32,000 bases of DNA from an uncultured Campylobacter sp. (GCF_938039205.1 NZ_CALHVM010000056.1:26511-58510), one strand, 5' to 3'; numbered from the stretch's first letter, positions 10,254 through 18,899 are shown. Notes: generated from the letters alone by a model not told the origin. A program made the numbers and translations.

Positions 10254-10619
10254 GTGTTTGAGCTAAATTTTAAAGCAAAAGCCGTAACCGCTACCAAAAA
10301 CAGCAAAGACAACTACTATATGATCGGTCTTGCAGATGATAAATACGACTACAAAAACTATATAATTTTTCAAAGACCGATCAAGCTCAAAAAAGGTGAC
10401 GACGAGAACGCCGATATAAACGGCCTATATGCGGAGTGTAACGGCGACGTTTGCTACAACGCTTGCAAATGCGTAACCATCACCGATAAAACCATAGTTT
10501 TTGAAGTGGAGGATAGCGTCATCAGCGCCAATATAGAAGGCGTGCGGCTAAATGAACGCTTTATGAAATACTGTAAAGAGATATTTGGCGAACTGTTAAA
10601 GTGTAGCGTGCAAAAATAG
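10254..10619 (+). CDS. Hypothetical protein, 121 aa, with a tentative Imm10-like (immunity-protein-like) pattern. Start uncertain (GTG 10254 or ATG 10320).
   Basis: The pattern YYMIGLADD..NYIIFQR...DDENADINGLYAECNG...TIVFEV resembles my recollection of Imm10-family proteins (..QFAD..YLLLQR..D..G.Y.E.NDQ..). Not verifiable here. Confidence 0.4.
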   Translation: MFELNFKAKAVTATKNSKDNYYMIGLADDKYDYKNYIIFQRPIKLKKGDDENADINGLYAECNGDVCYNACKCVTITDKTIVFEVEDSVISANIEGVRLNERFMKYCKEIFGELLKCSVQK

Positions 10620-10633
10620 TTTGTTTAAATTTA

Positions 10634-10777
10634 ATGAATATTTTTAAAAGAAAAAGAGATAAAAAACTAAATTTTCTAAAATTTGTCGCCGTTTCAGGAG
10701 GCGTGACACTACCTACCGTGCTAAATGCTGCAAGCCAAAACGCGGATAAGATATCGAGAAATAAAGCCACGATTTAA
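10634..10777 (+). pseudogene. 47-aa remnant: a degenerate Tat-type signal peptide fragment paralogous to the 5' end of the 11650-12157 pseudogene
   Basis: MNIFKRKRDKKLNFLKFVAVSGGVTLPTVLNAASQNADKISRNKATI*. It aligns gap-free with IKRRNFLKFAAVSGAAALPSALNAASQKADKISQNKAAM. The twin-Arg is replaced by KK and a stop follows immediately. Confidence 0.6.
10661..10774 (+). repeat. Direct repeat, copy 1 (114 bp), flanking the LRAT-like gene
   Basis: Hand alignment with 11653-11766 gives 92/114 identical positions (~81%) with no gaps. Confidence 0.8.
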
Positions 10778-10820
10778 AAGCACCTTTTAAATTTGACCAA
10801 ACGTTAAAACCGTAGTCGGA

Positions 10821-11543
10821 CTAAAATTTGATATTAAAATCCTTTGCGATCTTTGTCTTTAAATCCTCGCCGATATTTTTAAACATAGCGTTCATTTCGG
10901 CATTTTTGTCCATAAATTTCTCTATTTGCAAATTTGCCTTGTCGCTATTTTCTTTTATCATCTCGCGAGCCTTTTTCTCTACCCTATCTTTGGTGTGCTG
11001 CGCAAGCGCGGTAAATGATTTTACGAGAGTTTCTTTGATCTCGTCCTTGGTCTGTGCGCCAAAAAGCTCACTTATGATCTGCCCTAAAAATGGCTCTATC
11101 TCGCTAAAAATCGCAGAATTTTGCTTCGCGTGTTGCACCTGCTGGCTTATGTGCTCGCCAAAGACGCACTCGTTGCAAAAATGCTCGCAGTTGTTGATAA
11201 GCAGGTTGTATTTTTGCTCGCCTATGCGGGCTTTGGCGCAAAGGGCTATATCTTGGCCGCTAAGCGGCGCATTTGCGTGCTCTTTTATCTGCCAAGTATC
11301 GCTGCTAGCAAACTCCTCAAGGCTAGTCATCTCCACCTTTGCGATATTGCGTTTATCTAGCGGCACGACGTTGCTCAAGATCTCCTCAAAGCAGCTCTTT
11401 TCAAAAACTATCCCACGTGCCAAGCCGTTATAATGCACGATCATATCGTCTCCGACGTAGATGCCGTGGTGTTCGTAAAGCTTTATGCCAAACACGCTTC
11501 TATCTACAAAGACGTGATCGCCTATTTTTGGTAAATTTTCCAT
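10821..11543 (-). CDS. LRAT / H-rev107 (PLAAT)-like NlpC/P60-superfamily Cys-His enzyme with a ~100-aa helical, charged C-terminal extension
   Basis: His box YEHHGIYVGDDMIVHY and catalytic Cys box NNCEHFCNECVFG are present. No signal peptide. ATG 11543 (MENLPKIGDH) is preferred; the ORF also opens at TTG 11558. Confidence 0.7.
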   Translation of the reverse strand: MENLPKIGDHVFVDRSVFGIKLYEHHGIYVGDDMIVHYNGLARGIVFEKSCFEEILSNVVPLDKRNIAKVEMTSLEEFASSDTWQIKEHANAPLSGQDIALCAKARIGEQKYNLLINNCEHFCNECVFGEHISQQVQHAKQNSAIFSEIEPFLGQIISELFGAQTKDEIKETLVKSFTALAQHTKDRVEKKAREMIKENSDKANLQIEKFMDKNAEMNAMFKNIGEDLKTKIAKDFNIKF

Positions 11544-11649
11544 ATTTCTCTCTATCAAATTTTTTAAAATCGCAATAAAATGGCAAATTTAGCCCAAATT
11601 TGCTAAATTTCAAATATCATCTAAATTTGACAAACCGCAAGGAGAGAAT

Positions 11650-12157
11650 ATAAAAAGACGAAATTTCTTAAAATTTGCCGCCGTTTCAGGGGCTGCGGCG
11701 CTACCTAGCGCGCTAAACGCCGCAAGCCAAAAGGCTGATAAAATATCGCAAAATAAAGCCGCAATGAAGCGCTTTGAAAAAGCTATAAACAGCGCAGACA
11801 TGGCGGCTCTAAAAGAGCTGGTGGATCCAAAAGCGCCATTTCTCACGCTTACTTCGCCAGAGCCGCTTTACGGCGGAGAGGTTTACTTCGCGGTGGTAAA
11901 GATGATGCGAGATTAGCTTCCCCGACGTGCAGTGGGCGATGCAAGATATGGTGGCGGACGAGCGCTGAGTGGCGGTGTATTGGCTTTGCACGGGTACGCA
12001 TGAGCATGACTTTGCGGGTGTGGCGGCGACTGGGCGTAAATTTAGCGCTAGAGTGATGAATTTTTACTATTTTAACGACGCCGGCAAGATCACGAACGAC
12101 GTGGTAGCCGAGGGGATGATCGCCATCTTGCGAGCTATCGGCGCATGCGATAAATAA
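11650..12157 (+). pseudogene. Disrupted Tat-exported SnoaL-like 'ester cyclase' family gene
   Basis: There are three lesions. ATA (11650-11652) sits where a start is expected, 5-6 nt after AAGGAGAG. One extra T around 11913/11914 (gatTagc; without it the reading is D-S-F-P-D) creates TAG 11914-11916 and shifts the frame. An in-frame TGA lies at 11966-11968. The restored reading ...YFAVVKMMRDSFPDVQWAMQDMVADER*VAVYWLCTGTHEHDFAGVAATGRKFSARVMNFYYFNDAGKITNDV matches the ester-cyclase pattern (AFPD...GDKVAV.W...GTH.G.F.G...TGK). Confidence 0.75.
11653..11766 (+). repeat. Direct repeat, copy 2 (114 bp)
   Basis: See copy 1. Here it encodes an intact-looking twin-arginine signal (KRRNFLKFAAVSGAAALPSALNA). 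Confidence 0.8.
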
Positions 12158-12229
12158 CCGCTCCATGCTCCGCTTCGCCTTTTTCAGCTATTTTTGGCTA
12201 AAATCGCCCAAAAATCAAAAAGGCGAAAT

Positions 12230-14038
12230 ATGGACTACATCAAGCTTCTAAAAGACAGCGGCCTGCTGCGCGTCATTGACGAGCCCGCGGATATCGATCT
12301 GGAGATCGCGCACGCGAGCTACATCGAGGTCAAGTGCGAAAACTCGCAGGCGCTGCTTTTTACAAATCCCGTCTGCAAAAAAACGGGGCGCAAATTTGCT
12401 CCAGTGCTAACAAACATCTACGGCTCAAAGCGCGCTTTAGAGCTTATTTTTGGACGCGATCCCGACGAGATCGCGGGCGAGATCGAGCGGCTTTTAAAGC
12501 CTAAAAAACCTAAAAGCTTTGGCGAAAAGCTAAATTTTGCCGCGTATTTGTTTGAGATGAGAAAAATTTTCACGAAAAGATTAAAAGGCGAGGGTGAGTG
12601 TCAGCAGGTCAAATTCATGGGCGACGAGGTCGATCTATTCTCGCTTCCCGCGCTAAAAACATGGCCGCTTGACGGAGGCGCTTTTATCACGATGGGACAG
12701 GTCTATACGCAAAGCCCTGACGGCGAACTGCAAAACGTCGGCATGTACCGACTGCAAATTTACGATAAAAATCGCCTCGGCATGCACTGGCAGATCCACA
12801 AAGACGGCGCGAATTTCTTTAACGAATACAAGCGCGCTGGCCGCAAGATGCCTGTATCCGTGGCAATAGGGGGCGATCCGCTCTACATCTGGTGCGCTCA
12901 AGCGCCGCTGCCAAAGGGCGTGTTTGAGCTGCTGCTTTACGGCTTCATCCGCAAAGAGCCGGCCAAACTCGTAAAGTCGCTAACGAACGAAATTTACGTC
13001 CCACACGACGCGGACTACGTGATCGAGGGTTTTGTCGATACGGATAAATTTGAGCTTGAAGGACCGTTTGGCGATCACACGGGCTTTTATACGCCGGTGG
13101 AGCCGTTTCCTGTTATGGAGGTCACGGCGATCACGAGCAAGCGTGAGCCCGTATTTCACGCGACCGTGGTCGGTAAGCCGCCGCTTGAGGATAAGTACAT
13201 GGGCTGGGCGACCGAGCGCATTTTCTTGCCGCTTTTGCGCACGACGGTACCGGAGCTTCTAGACTACAACATGCCTGAAAACGGCGTCTTTCACAACCTA
13301 ATCTTGGCTAAAATCAACGCCCTTTATCCAGCGCACGCCAAGCAGGCGATGCATGCATTTTGGGGCGTGGGGCAGATGAGCTTTGTAAAGCACGCGGTTT
13401 TTGTGGGCGAGGATGCGCCAAATTTGAGCGATTATGGCGCGCTTACGGAGCATATTTTAAACCGTTTCAGCGATAAAAGCCTGCTAATCAGCGAGGGCGT
13501 GTGCGATCAGCTCGATCACGCGAGCCCGAACTCGTGCTTTGGCGGTAAGCTGGGAATTGACGCTACGCAGGATTTTTCGGTGCCTGCGCCTATGCTTTTG
13601 GACGACGCTGCGCTGCTGGCTAAATTTAAAGAAATAGAGCCAAATTTAACGCAGCTCGTGCAGTTTAAAACAAATACCAAAACTCCGATTTGTGTCGTCA
13701 AATTTGACAAAAACCGTCTCGTAAAAGAGGTTTTTGAAGAGCTTTTGAAATTTAAAGAGTACTTTAAACTACTCGTTTTCGTCGGCTCCGAAAATCGCCT
13801 GGAAAACCCGTATATGCTGCTTTGGCGCGTGACTAATAACATCGACGCCTTGCGCGATATTTACGTGCGCGATGGCACGGTCTGCATCGACGCCACCGCA
13901 AAAGGCGAGGCCGAGGGCTATACTCGCGGCTGGCCGTTGCAAACCGACTGCGACCGCGACGTCGTGGAGAGTCTCGTTAAGCGCGGCATAGTAAAAGACG
14001 AACCCGAGCTGTTTAGCAAATTTGAGATTTTCGGATAA
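12230..14038 (+). CDS. ubiD: UbiD-family (prenyl-FMN-dependent) decarboxylase, menaquinone/quinone biosynthesis
   Basis: About 600 aa with UbiD motifs (GMYRLQI, WQIHKDG, GGDP, FGDHTGFYT). ATG 12230 (MDYIKLLKD) follows AAAGGCGAAAT and is preferred over TTG 12194. Confidence 0.85.
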   Translation: MDYIKLLKDSGLLRVIDEPADIDLEIAHASYIEVKCENSQALLFTNPVCKKTGRKFAPVLTNIYGSKRALELIFGRDPDEIAGEIERLLKPKKPKSFGEKLNFAAYLFEMRKIFTKRLKGEGECQQVKFMGDEVDLFSLPALKTWPLDGGAFITMGQVYTQSPDGELQNVGMYRLQIYDKNRLGMHWQIHKDGANFFNEYKRAGRKMPVSVAIGGDPLYIWCAQAPLPKGVFELLLYGFIRKEPAKLVKSLTNEIYVPHDADYVIEGFVDTDKFELEGPFGDHTGFYTPVEPFPVMEVTAITSKREPVFHATVVGKPPLEDKYMGWATERIFLPLLRTTVPELLDYNMPENGVFHNLILAKINALYPAHAKQAMHAFWGVGQMSFVKHAVFVGEDAPNLSDYGALTEHILNRFSDKSLLISEGVCDQLDHASPNSCFGGKLGIDATQDFSVPAPMLLDDAALLAKFKEIEPNLTQLVQFKTNTKTPICVVKFDKNRLVKEVFEELLKFKEYFKLLVFVGSENRLENPYMLLWRVTNNIDALRDIYVRDGTVCIDATAKGEAEGYTRGWPLQTDCDRDVVESLVKRGIVKDEPELFSKFEIFG

Positions 14039-14061
14039 ATTTTTAAACTCGGTAAATTTAA

Positions 14062-14087
14062 AAGCGGCTAAATTTGCCGAGCCGCTT
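14062..14087 (+). terminator. Hairpin downstream of ubiD
   Basis: AAGCGGCT-aaatttgccg-AGCCGCTT is an 8-bp stem. A T-rich stretch follows a few nt later (aaataaattcgttttt). Confidence 0.5.
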
Positions 14088-14141
14088 AAATAAATTCGTT
14101 TTTCAAGCGCCTTTTTAGCCCGAATTTTATAAAATCGCAAA

Positions 14142-14975
14142 ATGGATAAAGAACGCCTGATAATCGATAAATTTAGCAACTCTTTCATCGGCGACGACGG
14201 CGCTGTAGTGGCGCATGAGCGCGGCCGGTGGGTGTATAGCAAGGACCTTTTTTGCGAGGGGACGCACTTTCTAGCAGGCTGGCTTAGCATGGAGGAGATC
14301 GCGCGCAAGGCGATGCTCGTAAATCTCTCCGACGCCGTCGCGATGAACGCCGAGCCTAAATTTGCGCTTTTGGGACTTGGGTTACCCAAAAATACGAGCG
14401 CGGCGCAGATCTCGGCGCTACGCAAGGGATTTGCGGACGTTTGCGACGAGTACGGCGTCACTATCATCGGCGGCGACACGATCGGCAGCGATAAAATTTT
14501 GCTTAGCGTTACGATTATTTCACGCCTCCGAGGCAAGGCGGTTTTACGAAGCGGCGCGAAAAAAGGCGATCTAGTCGCTTTTACGGGCGAGCTGGGTCAG
14601 AGCCTCAAGGGGCTTAGGACGCTTTTAAACGGCGGGCGGGTCGCGTCAAATTCTCGCTTTAAAAAGCCTGTTTTAAAAGATAAATTTTTCTATGCCGCAG
14701 CAAATAAGATAAACGCCGCCATGGACGTCTCAGACGGGCTTTGCACCGATCTAGCCAAGCTTTGCGCGCAGAGTCGCTGCGGGGCAAAATTTATCAAACG
14801 GCTAAGCAAACACGAGCTAAATAGCGGCGAGGAGTACGAGATTTTATTTACGTTTAGTCAGAAAAATCGCGCTAAAATTCTAAGCCTCGCTCGCAAAACC
14901 CGCACTAAAATCACGATCTTTGCCAAAATCACGAAAGGAAAATTTAAAAGTAATGCAAGAAACCACCATTTTTAA
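14142..14975 (+). CDS. thiL: Thiamine-monophosphate kinase
   Basis: AIR-synthase-related fold motifs: [33 protein letters not shown]. Confidence 0.8.
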   Translation: MDKERLIIDKFSNSFIGDDGAVVAHERGRWVYSKDLFCEGTHFLAGWLSMEEIARKAMLVNLSDAVAMNAEPKFALLGLGLPKNTSAAQISALRKGFADVCDEYGVTIIGGDTIGSDKILLSVTIISRLRGKAVLRSGAKKGDLVAFTGELGQSLKGLRTLLNGGRVASNSRFKKPVLKDKFFYAAANKINAAMDVSDGLCTDLAKLCAQSRCGAKFIKRLSKHELNSGEEYEILFTFSQKNRAKILSLARKTRTKITIFAKITKGKFKSNARNHHF

Positions 14976-16077
14976 GCCCCTTTACGCGCTCACTCACGCG
15001 CCCATTAACGCGTATTTTAGTAAAAATTCAGACGATTTTGTGGTGCGCGAGATCCCGCTTTACGCATTTAGCGGGCAGGGCGAGCACCTCATCGTTGAAA
15101 TTTGCAAAAAAGATATGACGACACAGGAAGCTTTGCACGCTCTAAGCGAGGTTAGCGGCGTAAAGATGCGAGATTTTGGCTACGCGGGGCTAAAAGACAA
15201 ACAGGGTATGACGACGCAGTTTATCTCGATGCCGCGTAAATTTGAGGCCGCGCTAGCAAATTTTAGCCACGAAAAGATGAAAATTTTAAGCCTCGCCGCG
15301 CATGACAATAAGCTTCGCATCGGGCACCTAAAAGGGAACAGTTTTTTTATCCGCCTAAAAAAAGTGATGCCAAGCGAGGCTGCCAAGCTTGAACAAGCCG
15401 TGCGAAACATCGACGAGACGGGCTATGCTAACTACTTTGGCTATCAGCGTTTCGGCAAATACGGCGACAATGCGCAAAGCGGGCTGGAGCTGCTAAAATC
15501 GGGCACCGTAAACGGTAAAAAGAGCAAAAATCCAAAGCTAAACGACTTTTTGATCTCGGCTTTTCAGAGCGATCTTTTTAACCGATGGCTTAGCAAGCGC
15601 GTTGAGATTTCGAGGTTTGCGAAGGATTTTAGCCTGGGCGAGCTAACTCAAATTTACCCTTATCTTGACGGAGTGATTTTGAAAAATTTGAAATCGCAAA
15701 AGAGATTTTTTAAGCTTATTGAGGGTGAAGTTTTGGGGCATTACCCGCACGGCAAGTGCTTTTTGTGCGAGGATTTGGACGCGGAGGGCGCGCGCTTTGA
15801 CGCTAGAGATATCACTAGCTGTGGACTGATCGCAGGCGCGAAGGCGTATGAGGCGCAGGGCGCGGCTAGGGCAGTAGAGGATCAAATTTTCGCGCAGGCA
15901 AATGAATATAAAGCCAAAATGACCGGCTCGAGACGCTTTGCGTGGTGTTATCTGGAGGATGCGAGCTATAAATACAACGAGGAAAAGGCTCATTTTACGA
16001 TAAATTTCACGCTACAAAAAGGAAGCTACGCGACGGTGGTGCTGGAGGAAATTTTACACAAAAATATTTTTGAATGA
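14953..16077 (+). CDS. truD: tRNA pseudouridine(13) synthase
   Basis: The TruD signature [14 protein letters not shown] and NYFGYQRFG are present. ATG 14953 ([11 protein letters not shown]) is preferred and overlaps the thiL 3' end by 23 nt. Confidence 0.85.
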   Translation: MQETTIFKPLYALTHAPINAYFSKNSDDFVVREIPLYAFSGQGEHLIVEICKKDMTTQEALHALSEVSGVKMRDFGYAGLKDKQGMTTQFISMPRKFEAALANFSHEKMKILSLAAHDNKLRIGHLKGNSFFIRLKKVMPSEAAKLEQAVRNIDETGYANYFGYQRFGKYGDNAQSGLELLKSGTVNGKKSKNPKLNDFLISAFQSDLFNRWLSKRVEISRFAKDFSLGELTQIYPYLDGVILKNLKSQKRFFKLIEGEVLGHYPHGKCFLCEDLDAEGARFDARDITSCGLIAGAKAYEAQGAARAVEDQIFAQANEYKAKMTGSRRFAWCYLEDASYKYNEEKAHFTINFTLQKGSYATVVLEEILHKNIFE

Positions 16078-16601
16078 TTTGGAATAAGCGGCTTGTTTCG
16101 CGAGCGCTTTTAAATTCTTTTTGCTCCGCTTTGCTCGCAAACTGCAAGCAGAACGTAAATTTCGCCCTGCGATAGGCTATATGCCTTAGCTTGGGACGAA
16201 ATTTACTTATTCCATTTGGCTACGAGCCTAGCGATGTAGAAAACATAAATCATCTCGCGATATTTGCCTTGACTTTCTATGTTAAAATTTGGCGTTATAT
16301 TGCGCTAAATTTGCAAATTTCTACTTTAAATTTACTAGTTAAGCCGCTTGCTTTATCGTCGTCAAATTTTAACCCTATCGCTGTTTTAAACAAATCGCTT
16401 CAAGCCTTGGGTTCGTATTGCTAAAGCTGCAAATTTGTGGTTATTTTTATTAAATTTGATTGTTTTGAAATCAAAGTATCTAAAAGTAACATTAACTAAA
16501 ATAACTAAATATTATTCATTATCTTAATCTGCTTTTTACTCATTCCTAAGCTTCGCGACTGTATATTACCTATGTATTTACTTTATTTTTAAGGAGGCTT
16601 T

Positions 16602-17240
16602 ATGCAAGAGGCAAACGACGGCAAAAAGCTAGCGATCGGCACCGTTGCCTTGATCCTAGCTATCGTCTTTTTCGGCGGTTTCTTAAAGGATGTCGCAGGC
16701 GGTATCTTTGATTTCAGTAAGTTAACCGGACAGTTTCCGGAGTGGTTTAAGACCGCAGGCGGAACTAGCGCAAAGGGCGGTTTTATATTTGCGCTTAGCC
16801 TAGTTCCGGCGATCATGCTCGCTCTTGGGTTCGTCGCGATATTTGAGAGATATTACGCACTTTACGCGGCTTCACGCTGGCTTACTCCCGTGCTAAAGCC
16901 TCTCATCGGTATCCCGGGCTGCTGCTCGATCTCGCTCATAGCTAGTACGCAAAGCACCGACGCGGGTAGCTCCACGGCAAAGTTTTTACGCCAAGACGGC
17001 AAGATCACGCACAAAGAGCTTTTGATATTTGCCGCATTTCAGTTTAGCGCGGGCGCGATGATCACAAATTTCCTAGCATCTTTCGCTCCGTTACTTTTGG
17101 TTGCGGACAAAAATGGAGCCCTAGCGCCTATATCTATCGCGGCGGGCTTGGGAATTATTTTGGTGTTTAAGGTATTTGGGGCAAATTTGATGAGACTTTA
17201 CGTCAAAAAATTCGTAAAAGACGGGGAGACTGAAGTATGA
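16602..17240 (+). CDS. YjiH-like nucleoside-recognition (Gate) domain inner-membrane protein
   Basis: 212-aa polytopic membrane protein with a strong RBS (TAAGGAGG). Its stop overlaps the next start (ATGA). The size and the pairing with a YjiG-like partner match E. coli yjiH-yjiG. Confidence 0.6.
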   Translation: MQEANDGKKLAIGTVALILAIVFFGGFLKDVAGGIFDFSKLTGQFPEWFKTAGGTSAKGGFIFALSLVPAIMLALGFVAIFERYYALYAASRWLTPVLKPLIGIPGCCSISLIASTQSTDAGSSTAKFLRQDGKITHKELLIFAAFQFSAGAMITNFLASFAPLLLVADKNGALAPISIAAGLGIILVFKVFGANLMRLYVKKFVKDGETEV

Positions 17241-17701
17241 GCGAGCAAGCTAATAATAAATTATTAACCGACGTTTTCGTAGAAGGCGCTAGAAAGGGCT
17301 GGGATATCGCCGTTCACAACACTATCCCAAACGTCCTTATGGCTTTTGTTATCATACACATCCTAAAGGTCTCTGGCGCACTTGATATCATAGGCAAGTA
17401 TCTTGGCTTTGTTATGCTGCCGCTTGGGCTTCCGGGCGAGTCGATAGCGGTTATCATGGCGGCGTTTCTTAGCTGGGGAGGGTCTGCTGGCGTGCTAGTG
17501 GCGCTGGTTCAGGGCGGCACTCTAACGGCTCCCGATATCGCAGTACTGATCCCAGGCATGGCGCTAGTAGGCTCTACGGTGCAGTATATGGGTCGCGTGC
17601 TAGGCGTGCTGGGCATCCCGGGCAAGCACTACTTGGTGCTGTTTGGCATATGTATCCTAAACGCCTATCTGGCTATGTTTGTAATGAGTCTCATCGTATA
17701 A
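17237..17701 (+). CDS. YjiG-like nucleoside-recognition (Gate) domain inner-membrane protein
   Basis: 154 aa. From memory of the E. coli YjiG sequence it aligns along its length (F.EGAR.G..IA....PNV.MAFVII...K..G.....G......LGLPGE...V......S.GG..GV...L...G.LT..D...L.P.M.L.G...Q..GR.LG). Confidence 0.7.
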   Translation: MSEQANNKLLTDVFVEGARKGWDIAVHNTIPNVLMAFVIIHILKVSGALDIIGKYLGFVMLPLGLPGESIAVIMAAFLSWGGSAGVLVALVQGGTLTAPDIAVLIPGMALVGSTVQYMGRVLGVLGIPGKHYLVLFGICILNAYLAMFVMSLIV

Positions 17702-17712
17702 AAGGATAGTCC

Positions 17713-18831
17713 ATGAAACAAGAGGAGCTGAAACAATATCTAGCCGAGCTAAAGGAGCTAACCGATATCGAGAGTCCGACGTCTAGCATAGAGGGTGTAA
17801 ATAGCGTCGCAAAGTGGTTTATAAATAAAGCTGATAAGCTCGGCCTAAAGCACGAAAAGGTCGTGCTTGGCACCGATAAGGTCGCTGACTGCCTACTTAT
17901 CTCAAATAATCCGAACGCTGCGAAATTCGACGTGCTTTTCGTTGCGCATATGGATACGGTTTTTCCCGTTGGTTCGGTGCAAAACACCCCTTTTACTCAG
18001 AACGAGGGCAGGGTAAATGCGCTAGGCGTCATCGACGATAAGGGCGGCGCGCTACTATCGCTCTACGTCATCAAGGAGCTTGATCTTAGTAAAATCAACG
18101 TCGCTTTGTTTCTAAACTCGCACGAGGAGACGGGGTCAAATTTCACCAAAGAAAAGATCCGCGAATACGCGAGAAAGTCCAAATTTTGCCTCGTGATGGA
18201 GCCTGCTCGCGAGGACGGCTCGATGGTGGCGACTAGAAAAGGCGTAATGACCTACGTGATAGATTTTCACGGCGTGGGCGCGCATGCGGGCAATCATCCC
18301 GAGCTCGGTCGCTCGGCGCTCGTCGAGGCGGCAAATTTTGTAGTCGAGCTATCAAAGCTGACTGATTTTGCGGCGGGACATACCTTTAACTCCATCATCA
18401 CAAACGGCGGCACCGCGCACAACGTAGTGCCCGAGTTTGCCAGCGTGACCTGCGAGATGAGGTATAAATTTGCCTCCTCGGTCGAGTTTTTTAACAAAAA
18501 GTTGGATGAAATCCTAAGCAAACCGTTTATAAACGGCGTAACTCACAAAAAGACGCTAATCAACGAAGAAGCGCCGATGATAGACGAGCAAAATTTGCCG
18601 AGGATCAAAGCGGTCTTTGACGAGGTCGCCAAAGAAACGGGCGCAAAGGTGAGCTGGGTGGACGCCGGCGGTCTAAGCGACGGCAATATAACGGCCTCGG
18701 CTGGCTGCCCGACGATTGACGGACTAGGGCCTACGGGCAGAAATATGCACACCAAAAACGAGTATATGGACGCTAGCTCCGTCGTGCCAAAGTGCAATCT
18801 CGTGCTAGACGTCATCAAAAAGCTTGTTTAA
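17713..18831 (+). CDS. M20-family metallopeptidase (carboxypeptidase G2-like)
   Basis: Metal-ligand motifs HMDTVFP, DDKGG and SHEETGS are present. The dimerisation-domain architecture and the 372-aa length also fit. Confidence 0.8.
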   Translation: MKQEELKQYLAELKELTDIESPTSSIEGVNSVAKWFINKADKLGLKHEKVVLGTDKVADCLLISNNPNAAKFDVLFVAHMDTVFPVGSVQNTPFTQNEGRVNALGVIDDKGGALLSLYVIKELDLSKINVALFLNSHEETGSNFTKEKIREYARKSKFCLVMEPAREDGSMVATRKGVMTYVIDFHGVGAHAGNHPELGRSALVEAANFVVELSKLTDFAAGHTFNSIITNGGTAHNVVPEFASVTCEMRYKFASSVEFFNKKLDEILSKPFINGVTHKKTLINEEAPMIDEQNLPRIKAVFDEVAKETGAKVSWVDAGGLSDGNITASAGCPTIDGLGPTGRNMHTKNEYMDASSVVPKCNLVLDVIKKLV

Positions 18832-18838
18832 ATTTAAC

Positions 18839-18869
18839 GGCAAAAGGGTCAAATCTGATTCCTTTTGCC
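18839..18869 (+). terminator. Intrinsic terminator-like hairpin after the M20 peptidase gene
   Basis: GGCAAAAGG-gtcaaatctgatt-CCTTTTGCC is a 9-bp stem followed by TTAAATTTT. Confidence 0.6.
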
Positions 18870-18899
18870 TTAAATTTTAAAATTTTAAAGCCTTGTTTT

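Noticed and set aside
10828-11433. 201-aa plus-strand ORF overlapping the LRAT-like gene
   Set aside because: It is antisense to a minus-strand ORF that has clear catalytic motifs. Its product is low-complexity and Ser/Phe/Leu/Cys-rich (SFAIFVFKSSPIFLNIAFISAFLS...), typical of a shadow ORF.
10661-11766. The 114-bp direct repeats as a target-site duplication or terminal repeats of a mobile element
   Set aside because: The repeats are only ~81% identical and are far longer than transposon target duplications. No transposase, integrase or inverted terminal repeats are present. A diverged gene-fragment duplication explains them better.
11966-11968. In-frame TGA codons (11966-11968 and 19591-19593) as possible selenocysteine sites
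   Set aside because: Both lie in genes that also carry frameshifts and other stops. Neither family is a known selenoprotein, and I see no convincing SECIS-like hairpin immediately downstream. They were interpreted as nonsense mutations.
13769-14536. 255-aa minus-strand ORF spanning the ubiD 3' end, the spacer and the thiL 5' end
   Set aside because: It is antisense to two well-supported genes and crosses their terminator hairpin. Its Ser/Ala/Pro/Arg-rich composition has no recognisable motifs, so it is a shadow ORF.
16191-16424. 77-aa ORF in the truD/yjiH spacer
   Set aside because: It has a non-ATG start, no RBS, and AT-rich low-information sequence full of AAATTT words. It was treated as non-coding and is discussed under the leader finding.
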